A stretch of DNA of 54,083 bases from Blastocatellia bacterium (GTDB lineage Bacteria; Acidobacteriota; Blastocatellia; RBC074): positions 1 to 54,083 of the forward strand of contig JAYSTY010000534.1 of the NCBI GenBank assembly GCA_043719385.1, read 5' to 3'. Below, in pieces: positions 28,884 to 38,490 of the stretch (the first letter of the stretch is position 1; each line of letters opens with the position of its first letter). Position numbers and translations under genes: made by a program. Under the pieces are notes generated by a model, which was given only the letters and a program-made list of their open reading frames with translations, was not told the DNA's origin and searched no databases.

Positions 28884-29867
28884 ATGCAACTTGGAATGAT
28901 TGGATTAGGCCGAATGGGCGCGAATATGGTGCGTCGTTTGATGCGCGGTGGACATAACTGTGTCGCCTTTGATTTGAATGCGGACTCGGTTAAAGCGCTG
29001 GCTGCTGAAGGCGCGACAGGGGCGGAATCACTGGATGATTTTGTTGGTAAACTTGCCACGCCACGCGCCGTTTGGGTGATGGTTCCGTGCGGTGATCCAA
29101 CCGAAAAAACAGTGCTGGCACTGGCTGAAAAACTTCAGGCCGGAGACACCATCATTGACGGCGGAAATTCTTATTTCAAAGACGATGTGCGCCGCGCACA
29201 AATGCTCAAAGACAAAGGCATCAACTATGTTGATTGCGGAACCAGTGGCGGCGTGTGGGGCCTGGAGCGCGGCTACTGCATGATGGTCGGAGGCCCTGCC
29301 GAAACAGTGCAGCAGCTTGATCCAATTTTCAAAACACTTGCGCCGGGAACAGGTAACATAGACAAAACTCCTGGTCGTGAAAACCTGCAATCCACTGCCG
29401 AAGAAGGCTACTTATATTGCGGCCCATCTGGCGCAGGACATTTTGTCAAGATGGTTCACAACGGCATCGAATACGGCCTGATGCAGGCATACGCCGAAGG
29501 CCTCGACATTTTCCGCAATGCCAATCTTGAATCATTACCCGCCGAACATCGCTACGATTTCAATATCGCCGACATTGCCGAAGTCTGGCGGCGCGGCAGT
29601 GTCGTCGGTTCCTGGCTGCTTGATTTAACTTCAATGGCGTTAGCAGAAAACCCGTCACTCTCAAATTATTCCGGCTTCGTGCAGGATTCCGGCGAAGGCC
29701 GCTGGACGATTCAAACGGCGATTGATGAGGCTGTCCCCGTAGACGTACTAGCGACTTCGTTATTTGCACGCTTCCGTTCCCGTCAGGATCAAACGTTTGC
29801 AGATAAAGTGTTGTCGGCGATGCGAAATAAATTTGGCGGACATATTGAGAGACCAACGGGAGGATAA
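28884..29867 (+). CDS. gnd: 6-phosphogluconate dehydrogenase (decarboxylating, short YqeC-type)
   Basis: [44 protein letters not shown] and MR..FGGH motifs. Confidence 0.96.
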   Translation: MQLGMIGLGRMGANMVRRLMRGGHNCVAFDLNADSVKALAAEGATGAESLDDFVGKLATPRAVWVMVPCGDPTEKTVLALAEKLQAGDTIIDGGNSYFKDDVRRAQMLKDKGINYVDCGTSGGVWGLERGYCMMVGGPAETVQQLDPIFKTLAPGTGNIDKTPGRENLQSTAEEGYLYCGPSGAGHFVKMVHNGIEYGLMQAYAEGLDIFRNANLESLPAEHRYDFNIADIAEVWRRGSVVGSWLLDLTSMALAENPSLSNYSGFVQDSGEGRWTIQTAIDEAVPVDVLATSLFARFRSRQDQTFADKVLSAMRNKFGGHIERPTGG

Positions 29868-29885
29868 GAAAAGAAAGGAGACACA

Positions 29886-30209
29886 ATGCAGGACATCACA
29901 CTTGAAAGTATTTATAAGCAAGTTATGCAATTGCCGTCAGAAGATCAGCAAAAGTTGATTGAGGCGATTAGCGCGAGACTGAAACGAAAGACGCTGGGCA
30001 AACGTGTCCAGCCCAGTGTCCCTTACAAAGATCGTTCGCGTGAACATCAATGGTTGCGCGAAAACAGTCGCAACTATATTGGTGAATGGCTGGCGCTTGA
30101 TGATGGAAAGCTTATTGCGCACGATAAAATAGCCGCAGAAGTTTTTGCTGCATCCGATGCGTTAGGATATGAACAACCTTTGATCTTCTTTGTTGATGAC
30201 CTTAAATAA
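29886..30209 (+). CDS. Small protein with antitoxin-like N-terminus and DUF5678-like C-terminus
   Basis: AAAGGAG RBS; I..QV.QLP.EDQQKL and WLREN..NYIGEWLALDDGKLIAH motifs. Confidence 0.7.
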   Translation: MQDITLESIYKQVMQLPSEDQQKLIEAISARLKRKTLGKRVQPSVPYKDRSREHQWLRENSRNYIGEWLALDDGKLIAHDKIAAEVFAASDALGYEQPLIFFVDDLK

Positions 30210-30240
30210 AAATGAATATTGGCCGTTGTTAGGGTAATGA

Positions 30241-30612
30241 TTATTTTTTGGCAAAACTGAAATAGCCAAACCCTGCTGTCAGCAATAAATGAAGCACTAC
30301 TGCGCCCCTAGCTGTAGCGCTGATCGCGCCTGATAAAGTTGCCAGAAGAATCAAAACAAAAGCAAGGAGGTTATAAACCAATCCGGCAGTCAGCACTGGT
30401 TTCAGGCTCTCTGTACTGGTCAGGTTTCTACTCATCCAAAACAAAATCGCTAAGCTGAGAATGGCGGCTCCGAACATTCGTGCCAGAAATAAACTGCCAG
30501 CATTCGAGGTCACGCCGAAAATATTCATCATCAGTTCTGGCGTGGCGATAAGACCAAGACCAAATCCAACTTCAGCAATCGCGGCGATCAGTAACAAGAT
30601 ACTAACTTTCAT
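30241..30612 (-). CDS. Small four-helix membrane protein
   Basis: 123 aa with four hydrophobic segments; AAAGGA upstream. Confidence 0.75.
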   Translation of the reverse strand: MKVSILLLIAAIAEVGFGLGLIATPELMMNIFGVTSNAGSLFLARMFGAAILSLAILFWMSRNLTSTESLKPVLTAGLVYNLLAFVLILLATLSGAISATARGAVVLHLLLTAGFGYFSFAKK

Positions 30613-30806
30613 GGGGCATCCTTTAGGTTAAGAAAAATGGTACGACTCAAGTGATTTTGCCTGAGTATAACGCTCAGGGTTTTGAATTACCAAATCACTT
30701 TCAGGTTTTAGATTTGGTAGCCCCGCGCAAGACAGAGTTGCCTTTCCGACGAGCAAAGAAGAAAATAACCAACCAGTTTAGAAGAGTAAATCCAATAGGA
30801 AAAATA

Positions 30807-32336
30807 ATGACCGAACCAACAGAACAAAAACAACTCAGCGGAGAAATCGCTGCCCCATGTGTGATGGTGATTTTTGGTGCGGCGGGCGACTTGACCAAAC
30901 GCAAACTCATCCCAGCGCTTTATAATTTATCCAAAGCTGGTTTGCTGTCGCGTGAATTCGCTATTATTGGCGTGGGGCGCGATGCTTTTACGAGTGATAC
31001 TTACCGCGATGAAATCAATGGACACGCCAAGGAATACGCGAGCGATGAACTTGACCCTGATTTGTGGGATTGGTTTCAGCACCGTCTTTATTATGTGCAA
31101 GGCGAATTCGATGACGCAGCGACTTATCAACGGCTGCAAGCGCAACTTGATGAAGCCAACAAAGATCACAATACGCACGGCAATTATTTGTATTACCTGG
31201 CGACTCCGCCAACGTTTTTTGCGACGATTGTGAAACAGCTAGGTGATTCAGGTTTAGCCAAAGAATGCGATGGGCAATGGCGGCGCGTCATTATTGAAAA
31301 ACCTTTCGGGCGTGACCTGGATTCAGCGAAAGTTCTCAATCGTGACATCAAGCAATCGCTCGCCGAAGATCAGATTTATCGCATTGACCATTACCTCGGC
31401 AAAGAAACCGTTCAGAACATTTTGGCGTTTCGTTTCAGCAATGGAATTTTCGAGCCGATCTGGAATCGCAACTACATTGACCACGTGCAAATCACGGTCG
31501 CTGAAAGCCTCGGCGTTGAGCAGCGCGGCGGTTATTACGAAGGCGCGGGATGCCTGCGCGACATGCTCCCGAATCATATTTTTCAATTGATTTCATTGAC
31601 TTGTATGGAGCCGCCGATTTCATTCGATGCTGATGATGTCCGCGATGAGATGGCGAAAATTTTGCACGCGATCAATCCCTTCGATCCTGAAGAAGTATTG
31701 ACGGACGCCATACGGGGGCAATATGGCGAAGGAGATGTCGGAGATCAAAAGGCCATCGCTTACCGCAGCGAAGCCAAAGTCGCCGCGACTTCGACCACCG
31801 AAACATTTGTGGCCGTGAAACTGAAACTGGATAACTGGCGGTGGGCTGATGTCCCGATTTATGTCCGCACGGGGAAGCGTTTGCCGAAACGTCTGACGGA
31901 AATTGCGATTCAATTCAAACAGGCTCCGTATCAACTTTTCCGTAAAACCAACGTCGAAAAATTACGCACGAATCGTTTAGTCATTCACATTCAACCGGAC
32001 GAAGGAATTTCACTTCGCTTCGGCGCAAAAATTCCCGGCCCCGTGGTAAATCTTGGCGCCGTGAAAATGAGCTTCAATTACAAAGATTATTTCGGCAGCA
32101 CGCCAAGCACGGGCTATGAAAGATTGATCTACGATTGTATGAACGGCGATCAGACGTTGTTCCAACGCGCCGATATGGTCGAAGCGGGCTGGTCAGTCGT
32201 TGACCCAATTTTAGATGTCTGGCAAGCCCTGCCACCGCGCACTTTCCCGAATTACGCAAGCGGAACGTGGGGGCCAAAAGAAGCGGATGAGTTACTCAAG
32301 CGCGATGGGCGGCAATGGCGCGAGATTGGTGAGTGA
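30807..32336 (+). CDS. zwf: Glucose-6-phosphate 1-dehydrogenase
   Basis: [35 protein letters not shown] and RTGKRL motifs. Start moved to ATG 30807 (AGGA RBS). Confidence 0.97.
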   Translation: MTEPTEQKQLSGEIAAPCVMVIFGAAGDLTKRKLIPALYNLSKAGLLSREFAIIGVGRDAFTSDTYRDEINGHAKEYASDELDPDLWDWFQHRLYYVQGEFDDAATYQRLQAQLDEANKDHNTHGNYLYYLATPPTFFATIVKQLGDSGLAKECDGQWRRVIIEKPFGRDLDSAKVLNRDIKQSLAEDQIYRIDHYLGKETVQNILAFRFSNGIFEPIWNRNYIDHVQITVAESLGVEQRGGYYEGAGCLRDMLPNHIFQLISLTCMEPPISFDADDVRDEMAKILHAINPFDPEEVLTDAIRGQYGEGDVGDQKAIAYRSEAKVAATSTTETFVAVKLKLDNWRWADVPIYVRTGKRLPKRLTEIAIQFKQAPYQLFRKTNVEKLRTNRLVIHIQPDEGISLRFGAKIPGPVVNLGAVKMSFNYKDYFGSTPSTGYERLIYDCMNGDQTLFQRADMVEAGWSVVDPILDVWQALPPRTFPNYASGTWGPKEADELLKRDGRQWREIGE

Positions 32337-32363
32337 GCTAAAATGAAACTGTGAGGTTGATTT

Positions 32364-33110
32364 ATGGCACAGACAAACGTATTAGACGCAACTCCTTCGA
32401 TCAATCCAGTGATGAAAAACAGGCTGATCGAAACCGAAATTCCTGAGCTTGAAGCGGGCGACCATTTGCCGCGCCGCGAATTCCATCGCCGTTATGAGGC
32501 GATGCCAGAACTGAAAAAAGCAGAACTAATCGAAGGAGTTGTTTACGTGAGTTCACCAGTAAGACGGAAACATGGGAAATACACGAGTCAGCTCAATGCC
32601 TGGCTCGTGATTTATAGCGTTGCTACGCCAGGCACTGAAGTCGCGGATAATGCCACTACAATTCTTTATGAAGATAATGAACCGCAGCCGGATGTTTATT
32701 TGCGGATTGAAGAAGAATATGACGGTCAATCGTGGCCGGATGAAAATGATTATGTGACAGGTGCGCCAGAATTGGTTGTTGAAGTTGCCTCCAGCAGCGC
32801 TTCGTATGATTTGCATGACAAGAAAAAAGTGTATCGGCGTAACGGTGTCAAAGAATACATCGTGTGGCGCGTAAAAGATCAGGCGCTGGATTGGTTTTCG
32901 CTTAGTGATGGTGAGTTTATCCCACTCACTCCCGATGCCGCCGGCGTTATTGAAAGCGAGGTTTTTCCGGGCCTGCATTTGGCCGTAACAGCCTTGCTGA
33001 ACGGTGATATGCAAACTGTTCTGGCAGAGTTGCAAAAAGGAATAGCTACCTTGGCACATCAGTCATTTGTTGTTGCTTTGCAAAAAAAGAAAACAGAGAA
33101 AAATGGCTGA
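32364..33110 (+). CDS. Uma2 family (PD-(D/E)XK-like) endonuclease
   Basis: EFHRRYEAMP..KKAELIEGVVY, EPQPD and GAPELVVEVASSS.SYD...K...Y.RNGV.EY motifs. Confidence 0.92.
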   Translation: MAQTNVLDATPSINPVMKNRLIETEIPELEAGDHLPRREFHRRYEAMPELKKAELIEGVVYVSSPVRRKHGKYTSQLNAWLVIYSVATPGTEVADNATTILYEDNEPQPDVYLRIEEEYDGQSWPDENDYVTGAPELVVEVASSSASYDLHDKKKVYRRNGVKEYIVWRVKDQALDWFSLSDGEFIPLTPDAAGVIESEVFPGLHLAVTALLNGDMQTVLAELQKGIATLAHQSFVVALQKKKTEKNG

Positions 33111-33590
33111 TTGCGTATGCCCGCCTGCGAAATTTCCACGTACAAAGACGAATATAAAAACGATTTTGCCCGCCTGAATTTTGCCTGGATTGAGCAATAT
33201 TTTGTGGTTGAAGAAGCAGATCGCAAATACCTGTTGCAGCCGCGTGAAAATATTATCGAATCAGGTGGCGAAATATTTTTTGTCCTGGAAAATGAGCAGG
33301 TGCTGGGAACTTGTGCGCTGCTGAAAATTGATGAAACGACTTATGAACTGGTGAAAATGGCTGTGGACAAAAACGCGCAGGGTAAAGGTTTAGCCAATCA
33401 TCTGATACAGGCTGCAATTGCTTGGGCACGCAGCAAAAATGCGAAAAAAATCTTCCTCGCATCCAATACAGTTTTAGCGCCTGCGATTAAACTTTACGAA
33501 AAATTTGGGTTTCAATCCATCCCGCTCGCCCTTCATAACAATTCCGAATATCAGCGCGTCAATATCGTGATGGAATTGATTTTGGACTGA
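33111..33590 (+). CDS. GNAT family N-acetyltransferase
   Basis: LNFAWIEQYF, ELVKMAV...AQGKG and AIKLYEKFGF motifs. Confidence 0.9.
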   Translation: MRMPACEISTYKDEYKNDFARLNFAWIEQYFVVEEADRKYLLQPRENIIESGGEIFFVLENEQVLGTCALLKIDETTYELVKMAVDKNAQGKGLANHLIQAAIAWARSKNAKKIFLASNTVLAPAIKLYEKFGFQSIPLALHNNSEYQRVNIVMELILD

Positions 33591-33696
33591 TGTTATTGCG
33601 TGTGCATTTTTGATGTGTCATCATCCACGACTTAGCGGCTTACACTTCACAATTTAATCAAACAGGTAATTTGCCTGCTTAACTCAGGGAGAATTT

Positions 33697-34296
33697 ATGA
33701 GGGAAAAATCTACGGCGTTGCGTTATTGGCTGAGCGCGGTGGCGCTGAGTTGCGCTTTATCACTGGTCAGTTTTGCCCAGGTCACATCAGGGGCGCAGCC
33801 AGCAAAACCTGCTGATCCGCCCAAAGAATGGCCAAAGGATCGCGTTGGCGGCTTGATCGCCGAATGGACACGCGCCAAAAATTGGACGAAGGAATACCTG
33901 GACAAAATGCCCGAAGATGGTTTGAACTTCAAACCTGTGCCAGAAATTCGCAGCTTTGCAGAACAAATGCTTCACTTAGCCAACGCCAATTTTAATTACG
34001 GTGTTCGCGGGACTGGCGCAACCAATCCGTACCAGGGGAAAAACCTTGAGAAGATGGATGAATACAAGAACAAAGCAGCACTGAGCAAAATTGTGCTGGA
34101 AAGCTACGATTTTGTGATGGCCTCAATCAAAGCGATGGACGTGGCGAAACTGGAAGAACGAATTGTTGTGCGTGGCAACAACATTCCCCGTGCCGAAGCG
34201 TTAGTGATGGGCTTTGAGCATCAAACGCATCATCGCGGTCAGACAACAATTTATTTGCGCATGAAAGGCGTGACGCCACCGGCAGAACCGCTTTAA
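33697..34296 (+). CDS. Exported DinB-family protein, paralog 1
   Basis: Signal peptide; MPED..NFKP...RSFAEQMLH and EHQTHHRGQ..IYLR motifs. Confidence 0.9.
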   Translation: MREKSTALRYWLSAVALSCALSLVSFAQVTSGAQPAKPADPPKEWPKDRVGGLIAEWTRAKNWTKEYLDKMPEDGLNFKPVPEIRSFAEQMLHLANANFNYGVRGTGATNPYQGKNLEKMDEYKNKAALSKIVLESYDFVMASIKAMDVAKLEERIVVRGNNIPRAEALVMGFEHQTHHRGQTTIYLRMKGVTPPAEPL

Positions 34297-34358
34297 TTGC
34301 AAATGTAGCGGCCTTCAATTTACGCTCAAGGCAGAGCAATTTTTCAGAGGAATATTTT

Positions 34359-34970
34359 ATGAAACTGCAAATGAAAAAACTGCAATATTTTGTCAGCACA
34401 CTCGCCCTGAGCTGTGCCCTGGGGCTTGTCGGGATCGCGCAAACGACGGCTGGCAGTACGGCTGCGGTGCAAGCTGCCAAACCCGCCGCGCCTGATCACA
34501 TCGCAATGATGGTGACAGACTGGACACGCGCCAAATCGTATACCAAAGAATACCTGGACGCGATGCCGGAAGATGGCACGAATTTTAAGCCCAATACGCA
34601 GGACAAAGATATGCGTACCTTTGCGGAACAAATGCTGCATCTGGCAACAAACCTTTATATGCTCGGTTCGATTGCGACTGGCGCGACGAATCCTTATCAA
34701 GGCAAAAATCTGGAAAAAATGGACGAGTTCAAAGCGAATAAAGCGGCGTTGACAAAGGCTGTGATGGATAGCTATGACTTTATGATTGGCTGCGTGAAGG
34801 GCATGGACATGGCAAAGGCCGGTGAACCGCTCAAGCTTTTCAATCGTTTTGATACGACCCGCATCGGAGCCATTGCTGCTGCCTTTGAGCATCAAACACA
34901 CCATCGCGGACAGACGACAGTTTATATTCGGATGAAAGGCGTGAAGCCGCCGCAGGAAAGACTGTTCTGA
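34359..34970 (+). CDS. Exported DinB-family protein, paralog 2
   Basis: Same motifs (RTFAEQMLH, EHQTHHRGQ); shares TGATNPYQGKNLEKMDE with paralog 1. Confidence 0.9.
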   Translation: MKLQMKKLQYFVSTLALSCALGLVGIAQTTAGSTAAVQAAKPAAPDHIAMMVTDWTRAKSYTKEYLDAMPEDGTNFKPNTQDKDMRTFAEQMLHLATNLYMLGSIATGATNPYQGKNLEKMDEFKANKAALTKAVMDSYDFMIGCVKGMDMAKAGEPLKLFNRFDTTRIGAIAAAFEHQTHHRGQTTVYIRMKGVKPPQERLF

Positions 34971-34971
34971 A

Positions 34972-35033
34972 ACGATGAAGGCGGAACGCTGAATGATGAA
35001 TGGAACTTTGATTCATCATTCGCCGCTCATCGT
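34972..35033. repeat. Imperfect hairpin built from GATGAA/TTCATC-type short repeats
   Basis: acgatga...gaatgatgaat pairs with attcatcattc...tcatcgt; it lies just upstream of queE. Confidence 0.65.
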
Positions 35034-35047
35034 CCCTCCTTTCGTGT

Positions 35048-35689
35048 ATGCGAATTACGGAAATTTTTTATTCCATCCAGGGCGAGTCTTCTTACGCAGG
35101 CTTGCCTTGTGTTTTTGTGCGACTGACGTGGTGCAATTTGCGTTGTACATGGTGCGACAGCGAATATACCTTCAAAGGCGGCGCAGAGATGACCGTTGCT
35201 GCCGTGATGGAAAAGGTCAGAAGTTACAATTGCAAATTGGTAGAAGTCACAGGCGGCGAACCGCTCGTGCAAAAACGTGAATGCTGTGAACTGGTCACCC
35301 AACTTTGTGATGAGGGCTATCAGGTTTTGGTGGAAACGGGTGGCGGGCTTGACGCGACTGTGCTGGACAATCGTGCGGTAAAAATTCTGGATGTGAAATG
35401 TCCGGGGAGTGGTGAAGCTGAAAGCAATGTGTGGTCAAATTTGGCAACGCTGAATCCGCATGACGAAATAAAATTTGTGCTTCAGGATCGCGCCGATTTT
35501 GATTATGCGCTTGGTGTGATTGAAAAATATGCGCTCGACAAAAGAGAACCACAGGTATTGATGTCGCCAGTCTGGGGCGCAGTCGAATGGAAGGATTTAG
35601 CCGCCTGGGTTTTGCAATCCGGTGTGCGAGCGCGGATGCAATTACAAATGCACAAATTGATTTGGGGCGCAGATGTCATTGGAGTTTGA
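35048..35689 (+). CDS. queE: 7-carboxy-7-deazaguanine synthase (radical SAM)
   Basis: EIFYSIQGE, CNLRCTWCD, TGGEPL, ETGG and QLQMHKLIW motifs. Confidence 0.93.
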   Translation: MRITEIFYSIQGESSYAGLPCVFVRLTWCNLRCTWCDSEYTFKGGAEMTVAAVMEKVRSYNCKLVEVTGGEPLVQKRECCELVTQLCDEGYQVLVETGGGLDATVLDNRAVKILDVKCPGSGEAESNVWSNLATLNPHDEIKFVLQDRADFDYALGVIEKYALDKREPQVLMSPVWGAVEWKDLAAWVLQSGVRARMQLQMHKLIWGADVIGV

Positions 35690-37606
35690 ATGAAACGAAA
35701 TATGTTTTTGTTATTACTATTTTCGGCTTCAGTTTTTGCGCTGCCGCCTGGTCAACTTACTGACCGCATTATCATTGATCAATTTGGCTATCTGCCGGAA
35801 ATGACCAAGGTCGCTGTGCTTTCTGATGCGCAGCTTGGCTACAACTCACCTGCCGCTTATACGCCGGGAGCTGTGCTCGAAATTCGCAAAGTCAGTAATA
35901 ATGAATTAGTTTTTTCAGCTTCGCCGACCGCGTGGAAAAATGGCGCGATTCACGATCAGTCCGGCGATAAAATCTGGTGGTTTGATTTTTCTGCCTTGAC
36001 CTGTCCGGGCAGCTATTACATTTACGATCCAACGAATGACAAACGTTCCTACGCCTTTGATATTGGGCTGAACGTCTACAACGCAGTGCTAAAACAAGCC
36101 GCGCGAATGTTTTATTATCAGCGTTGCGGCGTAGCGAAACAGACTCCTTACGCCGACGCAAAATGGACAGACACCATTTGTCACACGCGCACCACACAGG
36201 ACACAAAATGCCGCCTGATTTCGGCCATCAATGATGCCACAACTGAAAAAGATTTGATGGGCGGCTGGCACGACGCAGGCGATTACAACAAGTACGTGAA
36301 TTTCACGACTGGTACTTTGTCGGATTTGCTGTTCGCGTATCAGAACAATCCAGCAATTTGGACGGATGATTTTGGGCTTCCTGAATCGGGCAACGGCGTC
36401 CCGGATTTTTTGGATGAAATTAAAGTCGAACTGGACTGGCTGCTGAAAATGCAAAACAGTGATGGCTCGGTGCTGAGCAAAGTTTCGGTCACGCAATTTC
36501 AGGCATTGTCACCTGTGAGTAATGACAGTTCTCCGCGTTATTACGGCGCGGCTTCGACTTCCTCTTCGTTGTCGGCGGCAATGTCGTTCGCACACGCGGC
36601 AATTGTCTTCAATACGATCAATCCGACGTATGCCGCAACCTTGCGGAGTGCCGCGACAAAGGCCTGGGATTGGGCGAACACGAATCCGGGCGTGATTTTC
36701 ACAAACGCCGGGTTTCAAAGTGCGAATTCAGAAATTGATGATTACGGTCGCCAAATGTACAAATTGTGCGCCGCAATTTATTTGTATGGCGCGACCCGGG
36801 AACCGCGATTTTTGACCTACGCCGAAAGCAATTATACCCAGGCGCATTCGTTGCAATGGACGTACTGGTTTCCTTATGAAGCAACATATCAGGACGCGTT
36901 GTTATATTTTACTTCCTTGCCAGGCGTGACGGCTTCGGTTGTCAGCGCGATTCGCACCAACAAACAAAGTGCAATTGGTGGCGGAGAATTTCTCATGGCC
37001 TTCAATAATGAAACCGATGCTTATCGTGCGTATTTGAAAAGCGATGATTACGTCTGGGGCAGCAACCAGGTCAAAAGTCAGATGGGCATGGTGTTTTACA
37101 GCCAATTAGTTTATGGCCTGGACACGCCAAAATCAGCCACGTATAAAACTGCTGGAGACGGATTTGTCCACTATTTGCACGGCGTGAATCCGCTTGGGCT
37201 GGTGCATTTGACCCGGATGGGGGATTTCGGCGCGGAGCGTTCTGCGAACGAAATGTATCACGCGTGGTTTGGCGACGGGACGATTTATGACAACGTCCAA
37301 ACCTCGCCCAATGGCCCGCCACCAGGTTATGTGATGGGTGGCGCGAATAAATATTATGTGCCGGATGCCGCTTATACAGGCGCAGCGATTGTCCCGCCCC
37401 AAAATCAGCCCGTGCAAAAAGCTTACAAAGACTGGAACACAAGCTGGCCGCAAAATTCGTGGCAAATCACCGAGCCGGCAATTTATTATCAGGCGGCGTA
37501 TTTGAAATTGCTCGCAACGTCAATTAAGCAAAATTCTGTAAGCCGCTTCGCCGCAGGTTACTGCCCACGCCCAACCAGTGGCAGGCGCGGCACAACCATT
37601 CGATAA
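35690..37606 (+). CDS. Secreted glycoside hydrolase family 9 with N-terminal Ig-like (CelD_N) domain
   Basis: Signal peptide; [10 protein letters not shown]...[42 protein letters not shown] and [11 protein letters not shown] motifs. Confidence 0.92.
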   Translation: MKRNMFLLLLFSASVFALPPGQLTDRIIIDQFGYLPEMTKVAVLSDAQLGYNSPAAYTPGAVLEIRKVSNNELVFSASPTAWKNGAIHDQSGDKIWWFDFSALTCPGSYYIYDPTNDKRSYAFDIGLNVYNAVLKQAARMFYYQRCGVAKQTPYADAKWTDTICHTRTTQDTKCRLISAINDATTEKDLMGGWHDAGDYNKYVNFTTGTLSDLLFAYQNNPAIWTDDFGLPESGNGVPDFLDEIKVELDWLLKMQNSDGSVLSKVSVTQFQALSPVSNDSSPRYYGAASTSSSLSAAMSFAHAAIVFNTINPTYAATLRSAATKAWDWANTNPGVIFTNAGFQSANSEIDDYGRQMYKLCAAIYLYGATREPRFLTYAESNYTQAHSLQWTYWFPYEATYQDALLYFTSLPGVTASVVSAIRTNKQSAIGGGEFLMAFNNETDAYRAYLKSDDYVWGSNQVKSQMGMVFYSQLVYGLDTPKSATYKTAGDGFVHYLHGVNPLGLVHLTRMGDFGAERSANEMYHAWFGDGTIYDNVQTSPNGPPPGYVMGGANKYYVPDAAYTGAAIVPPQNQPVQKAYKDWNTSWPQNSWQITEPAIYYQAAYLKLLATSIKQNSVSRFAAGYCPRPTSGRRGTTIR

Positions 37607-37608
37607 TT

Positions 37609-38271
37609 ATGCTTTCTATCGTTTTAGCCAGCGGCGGATTGGACAGTTGCGTGACAACTGCGATTGCTGTCCGTGAATCCGATGAAATTGCTATGCTGCA
37701 TGTCAGTTATGGGCAGCGCACAGAAAAGCGCGAACGCAAAGCCTTCAACGCCATCGCTGATTTTTACGGTGTGGGCAAAAGGTTAGTAACGAGCATCGCG
37801 CATCTGACACAAATCGGCGGCTCTTCGCTCACTGACAAAAATATTGAAGTCAGCCAGGCAAATTTAGCGTCAACTGAAATTCCAACTTCGTATGTGCCAT
37901 TTCGCAATGCACATCTGCTTTCGATTGCGACCAGTTGGGCTGAGGTTATTGGCGCAACCCGAATTTATATCGGTGCAGTCGCCGAAGACAGTTCCGGCTA
38001 TCCTGATTGTCGCCCGGAATATTACGAGGCCTTTAATCGCCTGATTGAAGTCGGCACCAAGCCCGAAACGCAGATCAAAATTATGACCCCGGTGATTACG
38101 CTTAAAAAAAGTGAAATTATTCAGCAGGGAACTGCGCTTAATGCTCCTTTACAACTTTCGTGGTCTTGTTACAAAGCTGAGGATAAAGCCTGTGGTGAAT
38201 GCGATAGTTGTGCGCTCAGATTGCGCGGCTTTCAGGCCGCCGGAATCCCTGACCCTATCCCTTATTTATGA
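37609..38271 (+). CDS. queC: 7-cyano-7-deazaguanine synthase
   Basis: SGGLDS, YGQR, YVPFRN, GYPDCR and SCY...CGECDSC.LR motifs. Confidence 0.96.
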   Translation: MLSIVLASGGLDSCVTTAIAVRESDEIAMLHVSYGQRTEKRERKAFNAIADFYGVGKRLVTSIAHLTQIGGSSLTDKNIEVSQANLASTEIPTSYVPFRNAHLLSIATSWAEVIGATRIYIGAVAEDSSGYPDCRPEYYEAFNRLIEVGTKPETQIKIMTPVITLKKSEIIQQGTALNAPLQLSWSCYKAEDKACGECDSCALRLRGFQAAGIPDPIPYL

Positions 38272-38310
38272 ATTAATCTGATAATTTTGGAATGGCCCCA
38301 ATAATTACAC

Positions 38311-38337
38311 TGTAACCAACTGTCAGACAGTCCCGTC
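38311..38337 (+). promoter_or_regulatory. Candidate ECF-type promoter (TGTAAC-N17-CGTC)
   Basis: tgtaac 38311-38316 and cgtc 38334-38337, upstream of the lytic transglycosylase; fits the generic AAC/CGT ECF pattern. Confidence 0.4.
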
Positions 38338-38357
38338 TGCTTGAGAGGAGATAGTTT

Positions 38358-38386
38358 TTGACATCGAAGTATGTAAAAGTTACAAT
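38358..38386 (+). promoter_or_regulatory. Sigma70-type promoter
   Basis: TTGACA (38358-38363), 17-nt spacer, TACAAT (38381-38386), ~105 nt before ATG 38491. Confidence 0.75.
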
Positions 38387-38490
38387 GTCGAGGCTTTTGG
38401 CTTGCAAAATTGTGTCAAATATTCAGTGTCGCCAAAACGCTCTCTCGGTACAAAGATGTGCTGTAATGAAATCGAGGAGTTATCGAAATA

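Noticed and set aside
34971-35047. preQ1 riboswitch upstream of queE
   Set aside because: No recognisable preQ1 stem with an A-rich tail; the sequence is explained by a GATGAA-type repeat hairpin.
35048-38271. queE/queC as part of a 7-deazaguanine DNA-modification (dpd) defence island
   Set aside because: No dpdA/tgt-like, queD or folE gene and no dpdB-K genes nearby; the context is housekeeping, consistent with ordinary queuosine synthesis.
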